Below are positions 57,595-64,000 of a stretch of 64,000 bases of DNA, piece after piece. The position numbers and the translations under genes were made by a program. A model generated the notes under the pieces. That model was not told the origin of the DNA and did not search any database. It saw only the letters and a list, made by a program, of their open reading frames with translations. The stretch is from assembly GCA_050018395.1 (NCBI GenBank), contig JBEKAC010000002.1, positions 600 through 64,599 on the forward strand, in the 5' to 3' direction. The DNA comes from Dehalococcoidales bacterium (GTDB lineage Bacteria > Chloroflexota > Dehalococcoidia > Dehalococcoidales > RBG-16-60-22). Position 1 is the first letter of the stretch, and the number at the start of each line of letters is the position of its first letter.

Positions 57595-58386
57595 TTATTT
57601 TTCCGCCTTTCCTTCCCCCCTTTTCACCTCCTCCCACAGGTCGTCCCACTCCTTAAAAGATAGTTTCTGCAATTCTTTGCTGCGTTTCCGCGCGAGCTCC
57701 TCCACGGCGGTAAAGCGCCGGAAAAACTTCTGGTTCGCTTCCCGCAGCGCCGCCTCCGGGTCCACGCCCTCCCATCGGGCGTAATTGACCATGGTAAAAA
57801 GCAGGTCGCCGATTTCTTGCGCTTTCTCTGCCTGATTTTTCGCTTCTTTTATTTCTTTAACTTCTTCGAGAAGTTTTTCGAGCACCCCATCCAGGTTTTT
57901 CCATTCGAAGCCGACGCGTACCGCCCGCCGCGATATTTCGTAAGCGTAAGCGAGGGCCGGCATCTCTTTCGGTACACCGGCCAGCATCGATTTTCCTTCT
58001 TCTCTTTCCTGGCTTTTCAAAGCCTCCCAGTTGTGCATTACTTCCTCGGCGTCTTTAACCTTTTTCGTTCCGAAGATGTGCGGGTGCCGGCGTATCAGCT
58101 TGGTGGAAATGCTTTTTACCACGTCGTCTATCTGGAATTCTCCGTCGTCTTTGGCTATCTGCGCGTGCAATACAATCTGCAGCAGCAGATCACCCAGCTC
58201 TTCGCAGAGTGCCGCGGCGTTGCCTTCGTCCAGCGCTGCCAGCACTTCATAGGTCTCGGAAAGCAGGTTGCCCCGCAGCGTCTGATGGGTCTGCTCTTTG
58301 TCCCAGGGACAGCCGTCTTTGCCGCGCAGGCGCGCGATGATAGCCACCAGCGTATCGAACTTATTTAAATCTTCCGGTAAGGTCAA
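57595..58386 (-). CDS. mazG: Nucleoside triphosphate pyrophosphohydrolase MazG
   Basis: CPWDKEQTHQTL, EEAYE-type EVLAAL...ELGDLLLQIV, and a second MazG repeat EEIGDLLF. 263 aa. Confidence 0.88.
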   Translation of the reverse strand: MTLPEDLNKFDTLVAIIARLRGKDGCPWDKEQTHQTLRGNLLSETYEVLAALDEGNAAALCEELGDLLLQIVLHAQIAKDDGEFQIDDVVKSISTKLIRRHPHIFGTKKVKDAEEVMHNWEALKSQEREEGKSMLAGVPKEMPALAYAYEISRRAVRVGFEWKNLDGVLEKLLEEVKEIKEAKNQAEKAQEIGDLLFTMVNYARWEGVDPEAALREANQKFFRRFTAVEELARKRSKELQKLSFKEWDDLWEEVKRGEGKAEK

Positions 58387-58429
58387 GGTTTTCTCCTTTT
58401 GCCCGATGTTGCCTATCTGCTTTATTGCT

Positions 58430-58461
58430 CATTTGCGCTATTGCGCACTTACGCATATGCG
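58430..58461. repeat. Degenerate octamer tandem repeat (CATTTGCG CTATTGCG CACTTACG CATATGCG)
   Basis: Read directly. Lies 44-75 nt upstream of the mazG start. Confidence 0.85.
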
Positions 58462-58476
58462 TTATAAATACTAATT

Positions 58477-59412
58477 TTAGCCCGGTAATACCGACCCGAT
58501 AAAGTCCCTTTGCCCCCGCAGGAACTCGGCGGCGGTCATGTCCCGCTTTCCCTCGTATTGTAAACGTTTTACCCCCAGGACGCCCGCTCCCGTGGTTATT
58601 CCCAGCCCTGCCTCCCCGTTTAGAGCTATCACGCACCCTGCCTCTTTGCCGCTTTCGCCCCCGATGATATACGCCTCATTTATTTTCAACTGTTTTCCCT
58701 TCCACCTTGTAAAGCAGCCGGGCCAGGGGTAAAAAGCGCGCACGCGGCGCCAGATTTCCCGCGCCGCCTTTGTCCAGTCGATTTCCCCCTCCTCCTTATT
58801 CACCTGACCGAAGTAGCTCGCCGCGGCTTCATCCTGTGGGCGGGGTATGATTTCACCGCGCCGCCAGCCTTCCAAAGCTTCCTGGAGCAGGCGCGCCCCC
58901 ACGATGGAAAGCTTCTCCATCAGCGTTCCGGTATTGTCTAAAGCGGCAATCGGTACGGCCGCCCCGGCCAGCAGCGGGCCGGTATCCAGTTTCTTTCTCA
59001 CGAGCTGTATGGTTACCCCGCCGAACTCATCCCCGGCCAGTATCGCTGCCGCCACCGGCGCAGCCCCCCGGTACTTTGGTAGCAGAGAAAAGTGGACATT
59101 AATGCACTGGTAAGGTGGAATGTCCAGTAACGCCTGCGGCAGTATCTGCCCGAAGGCGCAGACGACGATTACGTCCGGCTTAAAGTCCGCCAGCTGCTGT
59201 AGCGCCGGCGCTTCCCGGACACTTTCCGGCTGCATCACTTTCAAGCCGTAATTTAATGCCGCTTCCTTTACCGCCGACGCCGCTATCCCGCGCCCCCGGC
59301 CGGACGGCCGGTCCGGCTGCGTATAGACCGCTACCAGCTCGTGCCCGCTCGTAAAAAGCTGCTCTAAAGAAGGTATGGCCGCCTGCGGCGAACCCATGAA
59401 AACGATGCGCAA
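58477..59412 (-). CDS. fmt: Methionyl-tRNA formyltransferase
   Basis: MRIVFMGSP, INVHFSLLPKYRGAAP. 311 aa. Confidence 0.92.
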   Translation of the reverse strand: MRIVFMGSPQAAIPSLEQLFTSGHELVAVYTQPDRPSGRGRGIAASAVKEAALNYGLKVMQPESVREAPALQQLADFKPDVIVVCAFGQILPQALLDIPPYQCINVHFSLLPKYRGAAPVAAAILAGDEFGGVTIQLVRKKLDTGPLLAGAAVPIAALDNTGTLMEKLSIVGARLLQEALEGWRRGEIIPRPQDEAAASYFGQVNKEEGEIDWTKAAREIWRRVRAFYPWPGCFTRWKGKQLKINEAYIIGGESGKEAGCVIALNGEAGLGITTGAGVLGVKRLQYEGKRDMTAAEFLRGQRDFIGSVLPG

Positions 59413-59768
59413 ATTAACCCTCCGGACGCCAAAATTGTATCACTAAAATATTTTTTTTACCACCATTCGTCACCAAGCGAGGAACACCCGAAAACCCGTA
59501 AAAAACAGAGGTTTCAAGAGCTAACAAGAGCGGTTACGGGGGGCAAACGGCTGGTTGCCGTCCCCATAAAATTTGCCATTAGCGGGTTTACGGTTGTATG
59601 CTATGTTCTGTTAATAAGTTAACGTTTGTTAGCTTTTTAACGCTTCAGGACCCGCCGGGACGGGCGGTCAATCCAGATATATTTTAACACGGGGAATGCT
59701 TGTGCCTAAAAAGGATGGGAGGGCGCTGCGCTGGGTATCTCTTATCCGGATAGGCGTTTAGAATTTTT

Positions 59769-61121
59769 ATGGATTCTTTCAAGGCCAGAACACCCAAGGA
59801 AATATGGGATATTGCCCTCGGCGACCTGCAGATTCAGGTCAGCAAACCTAACTACCGTACCTGGTTCAGCAAGACGATCGGCTTAAGCTACCAGGACAAC
59901 GAGTTCGTCATCGGCGTGCCCAACACTTTTGCCGCCGAATACCTGGAGAAAAACCAGCGTTCTTTAATCGAAAAATCTTTAGTCGGGCTCACCGCGCCGG
60001 ATATCCGGGTAGTCTTTCAGGTGAACGGCCACCATCACCCTTCCCCGGCCGCGGCCAGCGCCGCTTCTTTGCCCGCCGCCCCGCCCGTTTATACCCGGTT
60101 GAACCCGGATTACATCTTCGACTCTTTCATCGAGGGCAGCGGCAACCGCCTTGCCCGCGCCGCGGCGCTCTCCGTGGCGCAGAACCCGGGGCACAGCTAC
60201 AATCCGCTCTTCATCTACGGCGCCGCCGGCCTGGGCAAGACCCACCTGCTGCACGCCATCGGTCAGGCGGCCGCCGCCAGTCAAATCAACGTTATCTGTG
60301 CCAGCGCCGAGCAGTTCACCAATGAGTTCGTCGGCGCCCTGCGCGACAGGACCACCGAGGAGTTCCGCAACAAGTACCGCAGCATCGGCATGCTGCTCAT
60401 CGACGATATCCAGTTCATCGGCGGCAAAGAGCAGACGGAGGAAAGCTTTTTCCACACCTTCAACGAGCTGCACAACACCAACCGCCAGATTGTCATCACC
60501 AGCGACTGCCCGCCAAAGTCCATGCCTCTATTAGAAGAACGCCTGCGCTCCCGCTTCGAGTGGGGCCTGATCGTCGATATCCAGCCGCCGGACTACGAGA
60601 CGCGTCTGGCCATTCTGCAGTCCAAGGCGCGCCAGAAGAGTATCAACGTCCCTTCGGAGGTCTTCGAGCTTATCGCTAAAGACGCGCAGGACAACATCCG
60701 GGTGCTGGAGGGCTCGCTCAACCGGGTTTTCGCTTTCGCCAGGCTGGTGAGGTCGGCGCCTACGCTGGAAATCGCCACCCGCGCCCTGGAGGACGTCGCC
60801 AGCAAGGAGTTCACGCCGGACGACATCACCCCTTCCCTGATTATCGAGGCCGTGGCGACGTGTTTCGGGCTTTCCCGTGACGCCCTGCTCGGCCGCGTAC
60901 GTGATAAAGACACCACCCTGGCCCGCCGCCTCGCCATGTATCTGATGCGCCAGGAAACCAACTTTTCCCTCGCCCAGATCGGCGAGGAGCTGGGCAACCG
61001 CGACGCGGCTTCCGTCACCACCGCCTGTAAGAAAATCGCCACCGATATCAACGTCAGCCCCTTTTTAAAACGCAAAGTGCGCGATATCCAGCGCAACCTG
61101 CACCACCAGCCTCTCTCCTGA
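59769..61121 (+). CDS. dnaA: Chromosomal replication initiator DnaA
   Basis: Walker A GAAGLGKTHLL, LLIDDIQF, and C-terminal DNA-binding domain (RRLAMYLMRQET..SLAQIGEELGNRD..SV). Confidence 0.95.
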   Translation: MDSFKARTPKEIWDIALGDLQIQVSKPNYRTWFSKTIGLSYQDNEFVIGVPNTFAAEYLEKNQRSLIEKSLVGLTAPDIRVVFQVNGHHHPSPAAASAASLPAAPPVYTRLNPDYIFDSFIEGSGNRLARAAALSVAQNPGHSYNPLFIYGAAGLGKTHLLHAIGQAAAASQINVICASAEQFTNEFVGALRDRTTEEFRNKYRSIGMLLIDDIQFIGGKEQTEESFFHTFNELHNTNRQIVITSDCPPKSMPLLEERLRSRFEWGLIVDIQPPDYETRLAILQSKARQKSINVPSEVFELIAKDAQDNIRVLEGSLNRVFAFARLVRSAPTLEIATRALEDVASKEFTPDDITPSLIIEAVATCFGLSRDALLGRVRDKDTTLARRLAMYLMRQETNFSLAQIGEELGNRDAASVTTACKKIATDINVSPFLKRKVRDIQRNLHHQPLS

Positions 61122-61431
61122 AATCCGGCCGCCGTTTTATTTTAGTGTTATTACTAATATAAGCTTTTTTGCGCCTTATTATAGCTTCGTTACGGAGATT
61201 AACCTTGTGAATGTTTTGGCATTTTCTTGCCCCTGTTTTTCCTTTTTATTAAGGATTTTTTGTGGTCAATTTTAGTTTTCCCGCCGCCGGTCTGCGCCTG
61301 CGTCCGCGTCTGCGTCCGTCAGACCGACGCGTTTCGCCCCGGCCGCCTTATTACTGGTGATTAATACTGTAAAACCTATCCTAGTACATTTGTTGTATAA
61401 TCTTATTGTTAATTTTTAGTGTTTAGTTTAT

Positions 61432-63318
61432 ATGATCGATAAAGTTGAAATCAGGGTTAAAGCAGGGGACGGCGGGAGGGGGGCGGTCAGCTTCCGGCGG
61501 GAGATGTACGTGCCTTTCGGGGGGCCGGACGGCGGTGACGGAGGCAAGGGAGGCGATGTCGTTATCCGTGTGGACAAGTCCACCGATAATCTGCGTTTTT
61601 ACGTTAAGAACCGGCTGTACCAGGCGGAGAGAGGGTTGGGCGGCGGCGCTAAAAAAAAGCACGGACATGACGGCGCGGACCTTATCCTCAAGGTGCCGGC
61701 CGGCACGCTGGTCACTTCGGTAGATGAAAACGGTGCAAAGATATTGCTGGCGGACCTCAACGTTGCCGGCGAACAGATTATCGTCGCCGCGGGGGGTAAA
61801 GGCGGCGGGGGCAACGTCCATTACCGGTCCTCGGTCAACCAGGCGCCCCGCATCGCGCAAAAGGGTGAGACCGGCGAGGAAAGGGCCATTAGCCTGGAAA
61901 TGCGTCTTATCGCCGACGTGGGTATCATCGGTTATCCTAATGCCGGAAAATCCACCCTGCTGGCCGCGGCTTCCGCGGCCCGGCCTAAGGTGGCGGACTA
62001 CCCCTTCACCACCCTCGAGCCGGTGCTGGGCGTCGTCGCACAGGGGCAGGAAAGCTTTGTCCTGGCGGAAATCCCCGGGCTCATCGAGGGCGCGCACCTG
62101 GGCAAGGGACTCGGCATCGACTTTTTGCGCCATGCCATGCGCACCAAAATTTTGCTCCACCTCCTTAGCGGGGATGCTCCTTCGCCTTTGGACGACATGA
62201 TTAAGGTTAACAACGAGTTGGCGGCCTTTGATGTTTCACTGGCGCAGCGGCCGCAAATCGTCGCCGTGAATAAAATCGACCTCCCTGCGGTGCAGGAAAA
62301 GATGGCAGGCATTAAAGCAGATCTAGCCGCCGCCGGCGTTAAGGCGCACTTCATTTCCGCCGCCACCGGGCAGGGCGTTAGAGAACTGATGGCGGCGGTC
62401 TTCGAGACTCTAAAAAGGGAAACGGTTGCCTCCCCGCCCGCGGAACCGGGTGAAAAGGTCTTTCGGCCCCAGCCCCGCCAGCCTCGCATTAAGGTCGCCC
62501 GGGAAGGCGATGGTTTTGTTATCGATGCCCCCGGGCTGGACCGGATTATCGCTGGCCGGGGCGTCACCACCGGCGAACTGCGCTGGCAGCTGAATTTCCA
62601 GCTGGAGAAAATGGGCATCAACAAGGCCCTTCAGAAAGCGGGCGTCAACCGGGGGGACAAGATCCGCTGCGGCGACCTTACCTGGGAATGGTCCTTCCCC
62701 GGTGAAGAGGGGCGGAAAATAGGCGTGTTCGGCGGGACCTTCGACCCCGTCCATCTCGGGCACCTGATGATAGCGGAAGAGGCGAAAACCGCGCTGGACA
62801 TGGCGGAGGTCGTCCTGGTGCCGGCCGGCCAGCCGATGTCCCGCCGCGATGAAAACGTTACCCCCGCCCGCCATCGTCTGGAGATGCTCCGCCTGGCCAT
62901 CGAAGGCAAACCGGAGCTTAAAATATCGGAAATGGAAATCGAACGCAAGGGCCCCTCTTACACGGTGGATACCATCGCGGGCATGAAAAAGCTCTATGCC
63001 CGCGGCGACGAGCTTTATTTTATCCTGGGCTGGGACAGCCTGGAGCAGCTGCCGGACTGGCATGAACCCTCCCGGCTGGTCAATAGCTGTTACTTGGTGG
63101 CCGTACCGCGCCCGGGCTGGAAACGCCCCAATATAAAAGCGCTGGAGGGTATACTGCCGGGCATTACGCAGAAGGTGATATGGCTGGATAAACCCCGGGT
63201 GGACATCGGCGCCACCGCTATCCGGGAACTGGCAGCCAGAGGAGAGCCCATCGACCACCTTGTCCCCAAAACAGTGGCCGAATATATCAGGAAGAACAAG
63301 CTATATATAAACCAATAG
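61432..63318 (+). CDS. obg: Obg GTPase fused in frame to nicotinate-nucleotide adenylyltransferase (NadD)
   Basis: Obg fold MIDKVEIRVKAGDGGRGAVSFRRE, G domain GYPNAGKST/NKIDL, OCT-like domain (GDKIRCGDLTWEW). After an 8-residue linker comes NadD: IGVFGGTFDPVHLGH...SYTVDT...ISATAIR-like. Confidence 0.85.
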   Translation: MIDKVEIRVKAGDGGRGAVSFRREMYVPFGGPDGGDGGKGGDVVIRVDKSTDNLRFYVKNRLYQAERGLGGGAKKKHGHDGADLILKVPAGTLVTSVDENGAKILLADLNVAGEQIIVAAGGKGGGGNVHYRSSVNQAPRIAQKGETGEERAISLEMRLIADVGIIGYPNAGKSTLLAAASAARPKVADYPFTTLEPVLGVVAQGQESFVLAEIPGLIEGAHLGKGLGIDFLRHAMRTKILLHLLSGDAPSPLDDMIKVNNELAAFDVSLAQRPQIVAVNKIDLPAVQEKMAGIKADLAAAGVKAHFISAATGQGVRELMAAVFETLKRETVASPPAEPGEKVFRPQPRQPRIKVAREGDGFVIDAPGLDRIIAGRGVTTGELRWQLNFQLEKMGINKALQKAGVNRGDKIRCGDLTWEWSFPGEEGRKIGVFGGTFDPVHLGHLMIAEEAKTALDMAEVVLVPAGQPMSRRDENVTPARHRLEMLRLAIEGKPELKISEMEIERKGPSYTVDTIAGMKKLYARGDELYFILGWDSLEQLPDWHEPSRLVNSCYLVAVPRPGWKRPNIKALEGILPGITQKVIWLDKPRVDIGATAIRELAARGEPIDHLVPKTVAEYIRKNKLYINQ

Positions 63319-63329
63319 TTGCCAGGTCG

Positions 63330-63361
63330 CAATTGCGTAAATGCGCAAATACTGAAATACG
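63330..63361. repeat. Degenerate octamer tandem repeat (CAATTGCG TAAATGCG CAAATACT GAAATACG)
   Basis: Read directly. Lies 26-57 nt upstream of the 63387 start. Confidence 0.85.
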
Positions 63362-63386
63362 CATTAAACTTCTTGAGGAGAACAAA

Positions 63387-63947
63387 ATGAAAGCAGTTGG
63401 TATCGTCGGCAGCCCGCGGCGGGGCGGCAACACGGAAATTCTAACGGCGCATTGCCTTAAAGCTATTGCGGAGGAAGGCATTAAAACGGAGCTGATACGG
63501 CTGGCTGGCAAGGATATCCGGGGCTGTCAGGCCTGCGATTACTGCCATACGCATGCCGGGGAGTGTTCCATCAAGGACGGCATGCAGGCGATTCAGAAAA
63601 AGATGCAGGCGGCGGATATCATCATCGTCGGCGCGCCGGTGTATTTCGGGTCGGCCACGGCTTTGGTGAAAGGACTGCTGGAGCGGGCGGCGTTTTCCTC
63701 GCGCGGCAGCTTACGCGGCAAGGTAGGTGGACCGCTGGTGGTGGCGCGGCGGGCGGGACAGAACTTTACCTTCGCCGAGCTACTGTTCTGGTTCCACATC
63801 AACGGCATGGTCAACCCCGGCTCGATATACTGGAACGTGGCTTTCGGCCGCGAAAAAGGGGAGGTGGAAAAGGATGAGGAGGGGCTGCGCATCGTCTGGG
63901 AGTTCGGTAAGAACTGCACTAACGTGGCCAAGAAACTGCTGGGATAG
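63387..63947 (+). CDS. Iron-sulfur flavoprotein / NADPH-dependent FMN reductase family
   Basis: Start trimmed to MKAVGIVGSPRRGGNT (GAGGAG RBS). Compact Cys motif CQACDYCHTHAGEC. Flavodoxin-like fold pattern. Confidence 0.8.
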   Translation: MKAVGIVGSPRRGGNTEILTAHCLKAIAEEGIKTELIRLAGKDIRGCQACDYCHTHAGECSIKDGMQAIQKKMQAADIIIVGAPVYFGSATALVKGLLERAAFSSRGSLRGKVGGPLVVARRAGQNFTFAELLFWFHINGMVNPGSIYWNVAFGREKGEVEKDEEGLRIVWEFGKNCTNVAKKLLG

Positions 63948-64000
63948 CCCCCAACTATCTTTTAGCCCATCAAAGCCACGGGATTTTTATTTTAACGCTT

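Noticed and set aside
59413-59768. Calling oriC with DnaA boxes
   Set aside because: Only 2-mismatch matches to TTATCCACA were found by eye in either spacer flanking dnaA. That is insufficient to annotate an origin without skew analysis.
61290-61345. GC-rich segment GGTCTGCGCCTGCGTCCGCGTCTGCGTCCGTCAGACC after dnaA, considered as a terminator or ncRNA
   Set aside because: It is a 6-bp terminal stem with internal CTGCG(Y)CC repeats but no T-run. It is not distinctive enough to call.

Overview
64-kb chromosomal window from a GC-rich bacterium. The gene content suggests a strictly anaerobic, Chloroflexota/Dehalococcoidia-like lineage: two tungsten-type aldehyde:ferredoxin oxidoreductases, an iron-sulfur flavoprotein, an archaeal-type ApgM-like protein and a selenocysteine-containing SelD. 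That placement is inference only.

Gene order, left to right:
- 5'-truncated multi-PAS histidine kinase and a REC/HD-GYP regulator
- a 3-gene pseudopilin operon ending in a 1118-aa surface protein
- an ABC-2 exporter
- an AT-rich R-M cassette
- AOR, SDR, an AT-rich methyltransferase plus unknown 187-aa gene, and a second AOR
- a second ABC-2 exporter with a DUF2089-like/SHOCT-like trio
- kdpFABC-kdpDE
- parA plus a small RHH-like gene
- selD (in-frame UGA) in a co-directional string with a YedF-like protein, a BcrAD/HgdC-type activase and a 2-hydroxyacyl-CoA-dehydratase/double-cubane-type protein, with a divergent LysR regulator
- CIRCE-hrcA, a disrupted grpE, and dnaK
- an AT-rich islet, a bicupin, a radical SAM gene, gyrA, lysC and an apgM-like gene
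- tRNA-Pro with a toxin-antitoxin islet bounded by a duplicated tRNA 3' end
- mazG, fmt, dnaA, an obg-nadD fusion and isf

No CRISPR array, transposase, integrase or rRNA was seen.

Most interesting:
- the selenium cluster (selD selenoprotein plus ATP-driven Fe-S reductase pair)
- the orphan pseudopilin/giant adhesin operon
- the methyltransferase plus unknown partner
- the tRNA-Pro TA islet
- the dense vocabulary of intergenic hairpin modules and period-7/period-8 short tandem repeats

All calls come from reading the sequence and the ORF track and from motif recall. No database search was possible.
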